DNA from: Solirubrobacterales bacterium
GTDB lineage: Bacteria; Actinomycetota; Thermoleophilia; Solirubrobacterales; 70-9
Reading direction: 5' to 3'
NCBI GenBank assembly: GCA_036265675.1
Contig: DATAOP010000062.1
Location: 39,560 to 103,559 of the forward strand
Length of the DNA stretch: 64,000 nucleotides
The position numbers and the translations under genes were made by a program. The notes below the pieces were generated by a model. It did not search any database, had not been told where the DNA came from, and worked only from the letters and a program-made list of their open reading frames with translations. Below are positions 26,606-35,150 of the stretch, in pieces. Numbering within the stretch: position 1 is the first letter of the stretch; each line of letters begins with the position of its first letter.

Positions 26606-27769
26606 GTGAGCGGATCGCGAGGACTTCGCTCGAGCGGGCGCCTGGGCGGCGTCATCTTGGCGACCGCCGTCCTCATCGCCTGCGGCTCGCTCGATTCCGC
26701 ACCCGCCCTCGCGCAGACCTTCGTCTCGACCAGCGCCGAGCAGACGTTCATCGTTCCGCCGGGGGTCGCGAGTGTCGCTGTCGACGCCGTCGGCGGCCAC
26801 GGGGGCAGCGCTGGGATCATCGCGGGCGGCGCGCCCGCCCGGGTCTCGGCCGTGCTGCCGGTGGCGCCGGGAGAGGTCCTCTATGTGGAGGTGGCCGGAA
26901 ACGGGGAGAGCGCCGCGGAGGGCGGAGACGGCGGCTTCAACGGCGGTGGCGCGAGCGGCGAGGAAGACGCCGCCGGCGGGGGCGGCGCCTCGGACGTGCG
27001 GACCCTTCCGCGCGCCTCCGGGCTTTCCCCCGACAGCCGGTTGCTCGCCGCCGGCGGTGGAGGCGGCGCGGCCGAGGGCGCAGGCGGGGACGCCGGCAGC
27101 GACGGCGCGATCGGCAACGCTCCGGAAGAGGGCGGCGGGGCGGGCACTCTGACCAGCGGCGGCGCCGGGGCAACCGGCGGCTGCGGCGACGGCACCGACG
27201 GACAGCTCGGCCGGGGCGGGGACGGCGGCACAAGCAACGTGAAACCGAACAGCGGCGCCGGCGGCGGAGGCGGCGGCTACTACGGCGGAGGCGGCGGAGG
27301 CGCGGGCTGCATGAGCGGCGGAGGTGGAGGGGGCGGTGGCTCGAGCTTTGTCACGTCGACCGCCTCGAACATCTCTATCGGGATCGATCCGACCGCGGCC
27401 CCCGCCATCGAGATCACCCCGATCGTCCCTCTCGGCAGGGTGCCATCGAACCGCTTCAGCTTCGGCCGGCTGAGGCTGAACAGGAAAAAGGGGACCGCGA
27501 CCCTTCCGGTGAGGCTCCCCGATGCCGGCGTCCTCCTCCTCAATGGCAGGGGTGTCTTTCGCAGGGAACTCGGAACCCCCGGCGCGAGCCGGGTCAGCTC
27601 CGTGGCCGGACCGGGACCCGTGATGCTCCGCATAAGAGCAAGGGGCAAATGGCTCCGCAGGCTCCGGACGACCGGTCGAGTGAAGGTGAAGGCGGCGGTG
27701 ACCTTCACTCCTACCGGTGGGACGCCCAATACGAAGCGCAAGCGGATCGTCCTGAAGAAGGCCCGCTGA
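26606..27769 (+). CDS. Secreted glycine-rich protein with Arg-rich basic C-terminal module
   Basis: GTG 26606, signal peptide ...ATAVLIACGSLDSAPALA, long Gly runs (GGGGGGYYGGGGGGAGCMSGGGGGGGGSSF). The C-terminus NRKKGTATLPVRLPDAGVLLLNGRGV...RVKVKAAVTFTPTGGTPN is homologous to that of the 18630 gene. Confidence 0.75.
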   Translation: MSGSRGLRSSGRLGGVILATAVLIACGSLDSAPALAQTFVSTSAEQTFIVPPGVASVAVDAVGGHGGSAGIIAGGAPARVSAVLPVAPGEVLYVEVAGNGESAAEGGDGGFNGGGASGEEDAAGGGGASDVRTLPRASGLSPDSRLLAAGGGGGAAEGAGGDAGSDGAIGNAPEEGGGAGTLTSGGAGATGGCGDGTDGQLGRGGDGGTSNVKPNSGAGGGGGGYYGGGGGGAGCMSGGGGGGGGSSFVTSTASNISIGIDPTAAPAIEITPIVPLGRVPSNRFSFGRLRLNRKKGTATLPVRLPDAGVLLLNGRGVFRRELGTPGASRVSSVAGPGPVMLRIRARGKWLRRLRTTGRVKVKAAVTFTPTGGTPNTKRKRIVLKKAR

Positions 27770-27791
27770 TCATCGTACGAGTGTTCGACCC

Positions 27792-28235
27792 ATGACGATC
27801 CAGCGGATGGATCACATCGGCGTCGTCGTCGAGGACCTCGAGGCCGCGGTCGAGTTCTTCATCGAGCTCGGGCTCGAGCGGCAGGGGGAGGGGTCGGTCG
27901 GGGGAGACTGGGTGGACCGGATAATCGGAGTCGAGGGAACCCAGGCGGAGCTCGCGATGCTCCAGACCAGCGACGGCCACGGAAAACTCGAGCTGGTCAA
28001 GTTCCGCTCCCCGCCCGCCGTGGCCGGCGACGGACAGGCGCCGGCGAATGCGCTCGGCATCCGCCACATCGCCTTCGAGGTCGAGGACATCGACGATCTC
28101 CTCGCCGGCCTGCGGGCTCGCGGTGGCGAGCTCGTCGGCGAGCTCGAGCGCTACGGGGACATATTTCGGCTCTGTTATGTCCGCGGCCCCGAGGGGATCA
28201 TCGTCGAGCTGGCGGAAAGGATCGGCGCCGACTGA
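27792..28235 (+). CDS. VOC/glyoxalase-family protein
   Basis: MDHIGVVVEDLEAAVEFF...GIRHIAFEVEDID...GPEGIIVEL. Confidence 0.9.
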   Translation: MTIQRMDHIGVVVEDLEAAVEFFIELGLERQGEGSVGGDWVDRIIGVEGTQAELAMLQTSDGHGKLELVKFRSPPAVAGDGQAPANALGIRHIAFEVEDIDDLLAGLRARGGELVGELERYGDIFRLCYVRGPEGIIVELAERIGAD

Positions 28236-28383
28236 AAAACCGACCTTTCCTCAATCAGAAACGCGATCCTCTACACTGCCATCCCTCGTGTCTGACGGTC
28301 GGCACAGCCGGCCGGGGCACGACACCGCGTCTCCCCTGGCGCGAAGAACACCGCGCGGGACGGTTGGCGGCGGATATTCCCTT

Positions 28384-29007
28384 TCAGCCGCCGGCCTCCT
28401 GCGCGTGCCTGTTGCCCGGAAAGGCCGACGCCACCAGGCGGTGGAAGTCGGGCACTTCCGCGGCGAAGTCCCGCGGCCTGCCCCTGAGCAGGGCACCGTT
28501 CACGGAGTGGCGGATCGAGCCGAGCATGAAGGCGGCCGTCAGCGAGGGCGGGGCGCTCCCGGCCTCGTCGCGTTCGCTCCGCTCCTCGTCCAGGGTCCGC
28601 TCGAGGCGCGCGATCATCTCGGCCCGCTTGCGAAGGGCCCGCCCGCCGGCGACGTGGACCTCGAGGAAGAGCCCCCGCGCCAGCGCCGGCCGCTCGCCGA
28701 TGAACGCAGCGGTGCGGCGCAGCCCCTCGAGCAGGCCGTCGGTCCAGCCATCCCCGCCGACGACGATCTCCATAAGTTCCATGTGGCGGCGCTCGATCTC
28801 CCTTTCGTAGGCATCGGCAAAGCACTCGACCTTGCTCGGGAAATGGGCGTAGAAGTCGCGACGGCTGCCCCCGTAGCGGTCGATCAGGTGCTGAACGGAG
28901 ACGTTGCGATAGCCCCTCTCGCCGCATGCTTCCAGCATTGCCTCCATGATCTGGGCTGCGCGGGGCCCACCGCTCCCGCGGCGTCTGGTTGTACCCCTGC
29001 CAGGCAC
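28384..29007 (-). CDS. TetR-family regulator (paralog 1)
   Basis: GYRNVSVQHLIDRYGGSRRDFYAHFPSKVECFADAYE is a TetR HTH with the CFxxAYE subfamily motif. Confidence 0.85.
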   Translation of the reverse strand: MPGRGTTRRRGSGGPRAAQIMEAMLEACGERGYRNVSVQHLIDRYGGSRRDFYAHFPSKVECFADAYEREIERRHMELMEIVVGGDGWTDGLLEGLRRTAAFIGERPALARGLFLEVHVAGGRALRKRAEMIARLERTLDEERSERDEAGSAPPSLTAAFMLGSIRHSVNGALLRGRPRDFAAEVPDFHRLVASAFPGNRHAQEAGG

Positions 29008-29083
29008 AGCCGGGAAACATATCTTTCCTGTTGAGATACTGCACTGTTTCTATCTGGGGACATCGCTCGGCTATCCTCGGCTC

Positions 29084-29761
29084 ATGGTCTCGCTGCCCGA
29101 CTACCTCACCCAGGGACCGGTCGGCAGGGAGGAGGTGTCGCGCGATGTGATCGACTCTCAGCATCGCGACCACATCCTTGACGTCGCGACCGAGGTCTTC
29201 GCCAAGCGTGGCTACCCCGCGACGACGGTCGACCACATCGTCTCCGCCGCGCGGATCGGCGTCGGCCGCTTCTACTCGCTCTTCGACGGCAAGGAGGACT
29301 GCTTCCTCCAGGCCTACGAGCGCAACCTGGCGACCGGGCGTGCCCGGGTCGCCGAAAGCATCCCCGAGGAGGCGGATTGGCCGGAGCTCGCCTGCGCGAC
29401 GCTGCAGAGCGTCCTCGGCATGATCGCCGCAGAACCGCTTGCCGCCCGGCTTCTCCTCGCCGAGGCCCAGACCGCGGGCGGCGCTGCGCTGCGTCGCTAC
29501 GAGGAGACGATCGATCAGCTGGTGCCGGTCCTGCGCGCCGGGCGCGAGGTGAGCCCGATGGCCGACGAGCTGCCGCAGACGCTCGAGGTCGCCGTGCTCG
29601 GCGGCCTGCTCTGGTTCCTCCAGCAACGGGTCGTGCTCGGCGAGCTCGACGGCCTCGAGGATCGGCTCCCCGAGGTGGCCGACATCGTCCTCGCGCCGTA
29701 CCTCGGCAAGAAGGAGACCAAGCGCGTGCTGAAGTCGGTGAGCCGAGTGGCTGCCGCTTGA
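29084..29761 (+). CDS. TetR-family regulator (paralog 2)
   Basis: GYPATTVDHIVSAARIGVGRFYSLFDGKEDCFLQAYE ... LAPYLGKKE. Confidence 0.85.
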   Translation: MVSLPDYLTQGPVGREEVSRDVIDSQHRDHILDVATEVFAKRGYPATTVDHIVSAARIGVGRFYSLFDGKEDCFLQAYERNLATGRARVAESIPEEADWPELACATLQSVLGMIAAEPLAARLLLAEAQTAGGAALRRYEETIDQLVPVLRAGREVSPMADELPQTLEVAVLGGLLWFLQQRVVLGELDGLEDRLPEVADIVLAPYLGKKETKRVLKSVSRVAAA

Positions 29762-29777
29762 CCTTCTGAGGCTCGCT

Positions 29778-30458
29778 GTGGAGACTCTGGGCGGAAGGAG
29801 CTTGACCTTGCTCTCGAGCCCGACACCCGATTCGCGGGCGAGGATCCGCAGCGCCGTCATGAATCTCGTCGTCGAGCGGGGCTTCGACGGCACCACCGAG
29901 GAGATGGTGATCGAGCGCGCCGGGGTGGAGCGGGAGGATTTCGAGCGCGAGTTCGGCGACCTCAGGCAATCCTGCATGGCGATCTACCGAGAGAACATCG
30001 AGGACTTCAACCAGGCGGTGTTCGGAGCGGCGGAAGGGGGGGACCCCTGGCGCGATCGGCTCCGGTCCGCTGCCTACGCGGCCGCCCGTTACATAGACGC
30101 GCGCCCGGTCCAGACCCGCTTCGACATGATCCAGATGCTCGGGGTCGGCGACATGGCGCAGGCGTATCGCGATCGGTACCTCGGCGAAATCGTGAACCTG
30201 ATCGACGAAGGCAGGGAGGAACTGCCGGACCCCGACTCGATGTCCCGCGACGTCGCGACCGGCGTCTTCGGGTCGATCTACCAGTTCCTCCTCAGGGAAC
30301 TGGAGGGGCGCCGCGAACCGGTCACCGCGGAGAGCTTCGTGCCGCAGCTGATGTACATCGCCGTCCGGCCCTACCTCGGCCACGATGCGGCGCGCGAAGA
30401 GCTGGAGGTCGAGGCCCCGCCGGCCACCGAGTCGCAGGAGACCGGCCCGCAGCGATGA
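29778..30458 (+). CDS. TetR-family regulator (paralog 3, most divergent)
   Basis: GFDGTTEEMVIERAGVEREDFEREFGDLRQSCMAIYRE ... VRPYLGHDAA; GTG start. Confidence 0.8.
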   Translation: METLGGRSLTLLSSPTPDSRARIRSAVMNLVVERGFDGTTEEMVIERAGVEREDFEREFGDLRQSCMAIYRENIEDFNQAVFGAAEGGDPWRDRLRSAAYAAARYIDARPVQTRFDMIQMLGVGDMAQAYRDRYLGEIVNLIDEGREELPDPDSMSRDVATGVFGSIYQFLLRELEGRREPVTAESFVPQLMYIAVRPYLGHDAAREELEVEAPPATESQETGPQR

Positions 30459-30480
30459 CCGCGTCGACTATTTTGGCCGC

Positions 30481-31161
30481 GTGAACGCAGGGAAAGGGAA
30501 CGATCCAGAGGGCGGGCCGCTCGGCCGCCTTCCATCGGGCCGGCATGGGCTCTCTCGCGAGTTCGTGGTCCGAAACCAGCGCGACCGGCTCACGGCCGGG
30601 ATGATCCGGGCGGTCGCCGAGAACGGCTATCACGAGGCGACGATCAGCCAGATCACCGAGGCGGCCGGCGTCTCGCGGCGGACCTTCTACACCTACTTCA
30701 ACTCGAAGGAAGAGTGCTTCTTCGACACCTACGAGATCATCGCCGAGGGCCTGCGGGAGCTCGCGAGGGATGCGGCCTCGAAGGAGTCCGATTGGCCGGC
30801 GCAGGCGCGGGTCAGGGTCGCGACGACGCTCCAGTTCTTCGCATCCAACCCGGACCTGGCGAGGTTCTGCCTGATCGTTCCCGCCCGGGCCGGCGACAAG
30901 ATCGCCGCCCGCTTCCAGCAGGCGGTGAAGGAAGTCTATGACGAACTCGCCGCCGGAATGCCGGCGAAGGTGGCGGATCGCGCTCCCTCGCCAGCGGTGC
31001 AGCAGTCGATGATCGGCGGTATGGCGGCGCTGGTGATGGAAAGGGTGGAAGCCGGCGAGGGGGAGAGGCTGACCGCGCTCCTCCCCGACCTGCTCGAGAT
31101 CTTCTTCACGCCCTACCTCGGCCGCGAGGAGGCGGTCAAGGAGGCGCGAAAGGGCTCCTGA
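30481..31161 (+). CDS. TetR-family regulator (paralog 4)
   Basis: GYHEATISQITEAAGVSRRTFYTYFNSKEECFFDTYE ... FTPYLGREEA; GTG 30481. Confidence 0.85.
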   Translation: MNAGKGNDPEGGPLGRLPSGRHGLSREFVVRNQRDRLTAGMIRAVAENGYHEATISQITEAAGVSRRTFYTYFNSKEECFFDTYEIIAEGLRELARDAASKESDWPAQARVRVATTLQFFASNPDLARFCLIVPARAGDKIAARFQQAVKEVYDELAAGMPAKVADRAPSPAVQQSMIGGMAALVMERVEAGEGERLTALLPDLLEIFFTPYLGREEAVKEARKGS

Positions 31162-31172
31162 CGGCGCCGCCG

Positions 31173-31982
31173 ATGGCCACCGCCGATTCCCAGTCTCGCT
31201 TCGGGCCCTTGCTCCGCCAATGGCGCGAACGGCGTCGCCTGACCCAGATGGAGCTCGCCCTCGACGCCGGGGTCTCGACCCGGCACCTGAGCTTCATCGA
31301 AAACGGCCGCTCGCAGCCGAGCACCGAGATGGTGCTGTTGCTCGCCGAGCGGCTCGGGGTGCCGATCCGCGGCCGCAACGAGCTGCTGCTCGCCGCCGGC
31401 TACGCGCCGGTCTTCCCCGAGCGCCCCTTCGGCGACCCGGAGCTCTCCGAGGTGCGCGAGGCGCTCGACCTGATCCTCTCCGAGCAGGAACCGTCGCCGG
31501 CGGTCGTCGTCGATCGCCACTGGAACATCGTCGCCGCCAACCTTGCGATGGCGGCGCTGGCGGCGGAGGTCGACCCGGCGCTGCTCGAGCCGCCGATGAA
31601 CGCGATGCGGATCGGGCTCCATCCGCAGGGCTTCATGCGGCAGATCCTCAACCCCGGCGACGTGCAGGCCCACTTCATCGGCCGGCTCGAACGCCAGGTG
31701 GCGCTCGGCGGCGACGCCGGGCTGGTCGCGCTGCTGGAGGAGGTGTCCTCCTACCCGCGCCACGAGCAGGAGCACGACCCGACCTCGATCCCCGCCGGCG
31801 GCGAGGTGCTGACGCCGATGTGGCGAATGCGGTCGCCGGACGGCGACGAGCTGCGGCTGTTCGCCTCGGTCGCGACATTCGGGACGGCGGTCGAGGTGAC
31901 GACCTCCGAGCTCTCGATCGAGCTCACCTTCCCCGCCGACGCCGCCACCGCCGAGGCCCTGCGGCGACTACCTCGGAGGTAA
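31173..31982 (+). CDS. MmyB-like transcriptional regulator (XRE HTH plus MmyB ligand-binding domain)
   Basis: LRQWRERRRLTQMELALDAGVSTRHLSFIENGRSQPS is the HTH. VVVDRHWNIVAAN...TSELSIELTFPAD is the MmyB-type C-domain. Confidence 0.85.
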   Translation: MATADSQSRFGPLLRQWRERRRLTQMELALDAGVSTRHLSFIENGRSQPSTEMVLLLAERLGVPIRGRNELLLAAGYAPVFPERPFGDPELSEVREALDLILSEQEPSPAVVVDRHWNIVAANLAMAALAAEVDPALLEPPMNAMRIGLHPQGFMRQILNPGDVQAHFIGRLERQVALGGDAGLVALLEEVSSYPRHEQEHDPTSIPAGGEVLTPMWRMRSPDGDELRLFASVATFGTAVEVTTSELSIELTFPADAATAEALRRLPRR

Positions 31983-32019
31983 TCGACAGGCCGCTCCTGT
32001 GCTGGCAGGGTGGCGGGCG

Positions 32020-33342
32020 ATGGACGGGAACTCCGAGCGGTTCGACGTCGTGGTGGTCGGGGCGCGCTGCGCCGGCTCGCCGCTGGCGACGATGCTCGCC
32101 CGCCGCGGCCTCCGCGTCTGCCTGCTCGACCGCTCGACCTTTCCCAGCGACTCCCTCTCGACCCACCTGATCCAGCCCTGCGGGGTGGAGGTGCTGGAGC
32201 GGCTCGGCCTGCTCGACCGTCTGCTCGCCGCCGGCGCAGCGACGGTCGGTCGCTTATCCCTCGTCAGCGACGGCGTCCGGATCGAGGCCGCGACCGATGC
32301 CGAGACGTTCGCGGCGCCGAGCCTCTGCCTGCGCCGGATCCGCCTCGACCACCTGCTGGTCGAGGCGGCCGCGGCAGCCGGCGTCGAGGTCCACACCGGC
32401 AGCGGCGTCACCGAGCTGCTCCAGGAGGGCGGGCGGATCGCCGGCGTGAGGACCAGGCAGAGGGCCTTCCGGGCGCCGCTCGTGGTCGGCGCCGACGGCC
32501 GCGCCTCGACCGTCGCGAACCTGGCCGGCGCCGCGGAGTACCGCGCCGAGCCGCCGGGTCGCCTCTTCTCCTGGGGCTACTTCGAAGGGGTGGCGGAAGA
32601 CGAAGGCCGCCTGCGGCTGGGGAAGATCGGCGAGCTCGCCTACCTCTCCTGCCCGACCGACTCCGGCCTGTTCCTCGCCGGGGTCTGTCCCTTGATGGCG
32701 GCAAGGGACGCTTACCTCGCCGACCGCGAGGGCGGGTTCGCGGCCGGGATCGCGGGCTGGCCGGAGCTTGCCGGGCTGCTGGCGGGGGCACGGCGCATCG
32801 GGCCGATTCGCGTTCTCGCCGACTGGCACGGCTTCATGCGCGAGGCGGCGGGACCCGGCTGGGTCCTGCTCGGCGACGCCGGCCACTTCAAGGACCCGAC
32901 GCCGGCGCAGGGGATATCCGACGCCCTCCGCCAGGCCGAGCGGCTGGCCGGGGTGATCGCCGAGGCGACCGGGGGAGACGTCGCCGAGCTCGACGGCGCC
33001 CTGCGCTCGTGGTGGCGCTGGCGCGACGATGACGCGCACGAGATGTATGGGTTCGCGAGCGACATCGGCTCTGACGACTCGGGCCTGCTGAGCCACGAGC
33101 TGCTCGCACGGCTGGCGGCGGAGAGCGACGGTGGGGAGCAGCTCCTGCGGGTGCTCAACCACGAACTCCTCCCGTCGCAGCTGTTCAGTCTCAGGCGCGT
33201 CGGCGGCGCGGTCGCCGGAATCGTCCGCGAGCGGCCCCGCCGGGCCCCCGCCGTCGCCGCCGAGCTGGCTTTCGAGCTGCGCAAGGAAGCCCGCCGCGCC
33301 TGGCAGCACCACCGCCGGCCCGCCGCGGCGTCGCTCTCTTAG
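32020..33342 (+). CDS. FAD-dependent oxidoreductase/monooxygenase
   Basis: FDVVVVGARCAGSPLATMLARRGLRVCLLDR is a GxGxxG dinucleotide fold. LLGDAGHFKDPTPAQGISDA is the flavin monooxygenase motif. Confidence 0.85.
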   Translation: MDGNSERFDVVVVGARCAGSPLATMLARRGLRVCLLDRSTFPSDSLSTHLIQPCGVEVLERLGLLDRLLAAGAATVGRLSLVSDGVRIEAATDAETFAAPSLCLRRIRLDHLLVEAAAAAGVEVHTGSGVTELLQEGGRIAGVRTRQRAFRAPLVVGADGRASTVANLAGAAEYRAEPPGRLFSWGYFEGVAEDEGRLRLGKIGELAYLSCPTDSGLFLAGVCPLMAARDAYLADREGGFAAGIAGWPELAGLLAGARRIGPIRVLADWHGFMREAAGPGWVLLGDAGHFKDPTPAQGISDALRQAERLAGVIAEATGGDVAELDGALRSWWRWRDDDAHEMYGFASDIGSDDSGLLSHELLARLAAESDGGEQLLRVLNHELLPSQLFSLRRVGGAVAGIVRERPRRAPAVAAELAFELRKEARRAWQHHRRPAAASLS

Positions 33343-33509
33343 CGCAATTGCGATCGCCTCCGCAGCCGCCTTCTTCTTCGTCCGCGACCAGGCCACCGAG
33401 CGCGCCGGGCGGACCGCGATCTCGCACACGCAGGAGATCGCTCGCGCGGTCAGCGTCCCGGGCTAGCGGCCGGGCAGGGCGGAGGCGTGGCTATGCTCGC
33501 CGCTTGAGC

Positions 33510-33932
33510 GTGCCCGACGTGATCGTCCGCAGTGCCGAGGCGGCCGACCTGCCGCGGGTGCTGACCCTCTGGGAGGAGTCCCGGAGCGGCCACGCGAGCA
33601 CGGCGGATCGGGTCGAGGACCTGGAGCGGCTGGTTGCCGACTGCCCGGGCGCGCTCCTCGTCGCCGAGCGGGGTGGTGAAATCGTCGGCGCCCTGATCGC
33701 CGCCTGGGATGGCTGGAGGGGAAACATGTACAGGCTCGCGACCCGCGACGACTGTCGTCGCCAGGGGATCGGGACCGAGCTGACCCGGGCCGGCGAGGCG
33801 TACCTGCGGAGCCGCGGCGCCCGCCGCGTCACCGCCCTCGTAGCCTTCGACGACGAGGTCGCCGGCGGTTTCTGGGAGGCGGCCGGATACCCCGTGGACG
33901 AGGCGATCGGCCGGCGCGTTCGCAACCTCTAG
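33510..33932 (+). CDS. GNAT N-acetyltransferase
   Basis: RLATRDDCRRQGIGTELTRAGEAYLRSRGARRV is the acetyl-CoA-binding motif A; GTG 33510. Confidence 0.85.
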   Translation: MPDVIVRSAEAADLPRVLTLWEESRSGHASTADRVEDLERLVADCPGALLVAERGGEIVGALIAAWDGWRGNMYRLATRDDCRRQGIGTELTRAGEAYLRSRGARRVTALVAFDDEVAGGFWEAAGYPVDEAIGRRVRNL

Positions 33933-33939
33933 AAATAAT

Positions 33940-33979
33940 GGAAGTGCGCCGATGGCTCGTTTAGGGTGAGCGCACTTCC
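33940..33979 (+). other. Perfect 10-bp inverted repeat GGAAGTGCGC-N20-GCGCACTTCC
   Basis: It lies between the GNAT stop (33932) and the USP reading frame. The 3' arm is followed by AGGGAG (33982-33987). Confidence 0.6.
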
Positions 33980-33987
33980 ACAGGGAG

Positions 33988-34785
33988 ATCAAGACGTCCA
34001 CCCAGTTCAAAAGCATCCTCTGCGGGGTCGAAGGCAACCCCCACAGCACCGAGGCTGCCCGCCAGGCGGTCGCGCTTTCGACGCCGGAGACCAGGCTCCG
34101 CTTCATCGCCGTCTACACCAGCTTCGAACCGGGGCCCGACCACACCAAGGAGAGGCTGCAGGAAGCCCTCGACGAGGCGGTCGCGATCGCCGAGGAGGCC
34201 GGGATTCCGGCCGAGGCCGAAATGCAGGAGGGGCGCTACGCCTCGAAGGTCCTGCTCGCCGAGGCCGAGAACCACGACCTGCTGGTGATCGGGGGGACCC
34301 ATGGTCGCTCGCGGGTTGCGGGCATGCTGCTCGGGAGCACCGCCGGCGAGGCGGCGCACGCCACGCACCACCCACTGCTGATCGCCCGCGAGCAGCCAGG
34401 AAGGAACGGACAGGCCCGCAGGGTCCTGGTCGCCAGCGACGGCTCGGAGTGCTCCTGGCCGCCGGCCCGGCTCGCCGGGCGCCTCGGCGCCGGGGGCGAC
34501 ACGACGATCGAGCTGATCCACGTCGACGACGGCAAGCACCCCGGCGCCGACGAGGTCATCGCCGAGCAGGCCGCCGAGATTGCCGCTGCGATCGGCAGCG
34601 AGCCGGAGCTCCTCAGGGCGGAGGGACACGCCACCGAGCGGATCGTCGAGGCCGCCAAGGAGCGCGAGGTCTCCCTGATCGTCTGCGGCCGGCGCGGGCT
34701 GACCGGGCTGAAGTCGCTCGGCAGCGTCAGCGAGCGGCTCGCCCACCAGGCCGGCTGCTCGGTGCTGCTGGTCCCCGGAAGCTGA
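33988..34785 (+). CDS. Tandem-domain universal stress protein (start codon unresolved)
   Basis: The frame is open from 33970. FKSILCGVEGNPHSTEAARQAV and VLVASDGSECS...SLIVCGRRGLTGLKSLGSVSERLAHQAGCSVLLV are two USP domains. The first ATG/GTG/TTG in frame is only at 34222, inside domain 1. 33988 is an in-frame ATC used as a nominal start. Confidence 0.6.
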   Translation: MKTSTQFKSILCGVEGNPHSTEAARQAVALSTPETRLRFIAVYTSFEPGPDHTKERLQEALDEAVAIAEEAGIPAEAEMQEGRYASKVLLAEAENHDLLVIGGTHGRSRVAGMLLGSTAGEAAHATHHPLLIAREQPGRNGQARRVLVASDGSECSWPPARLAGRLGAGGDTTIELIHVDDGKHPGADEVIAEQAAEIAAAIGSEPELLRAEGHATERIVEAAKEREVSLIVCGRRGLTGLKSLGSVSERLAHQAGCSVLLVPGS

Positions 34786-34800
34786 CCTCTCGAGAACGGA

Positions 34801-34828
34801 AAAGGGCCCCATGCGGGGCCCTTTGGTT
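34801..34828 (+). terminator. Rho-independent terminator-like hairpin
   Basis: AAAGGGCCCC-ATGC-GGGGCCCTTT followed by GGTT, 16 nt after the USP stop. Confidence 0.6.
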
Positions 34829-35071
34829 CCGAAGGACGTACCACCAAGCTGATCAAGAAATCGCTGGCTCGTCGGTCCTCAAGCTTGAAACTCTTCGTCG
34901 CGGTCGGCGACTGTAGATAAAGAAACACGCCGTCCGCCGAGAAGTTTCACCACTTGCATCGGCACTTGCAGACCGACTCTCAATCCCCAAAACACGGTGC
35001 GTCCTGATTCAGAAAAACGTTGATTTGCCGGAGGTTCGGCCCCGGCCACTCACTGCTAGATTCAGATCCCC

Positions 35072-35144
35072 GGGCGCATAGCTCAGTTGGGAGAGCGCCA
35101 GCTCGACAAGCTGGAGGTCACTGGTTCGAGCCCAGTTGCGCCCA
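35072..35144 (+). tRNA. tRNA-Val (GAC) with unusual C33
   Basis: Manual cloverleaf: acceptor GGGCGCA/TGCGCCC, D-arm GCTC-AGTTGGGA-GAGC, anticodon stem CCAGC/GCTGG, loop TCGACAA, T-arm ACTGG-TTCGAGC-CCAGT, discriminator A73. 73 nt. Confidence 0.8.
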
Positions 35145-35150
35145 TTTCGC

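Noticed and set aside
24893-28256. A 14-mer, CCGACCTTTCCTCA, found just after the stop codons of both mmpL (24893) and the VOC gene (28243).
   Set aside because: A single exact 14-mer pair is within chance expectation for 64 kb on two strands (order of 10 such pairs). The flanks do not align.
18280-35144. The 16.7-kb segment between tRNA-Cys and tRNA-Val as a discrete genomic island.
   Set aside because: There is no integrase and I saw no direct repeat of either tRNA 3' end. Most genes have host-like GC. Only the gene adjacent to tRNA-Cys is compositionally odd, and it is reported separately.
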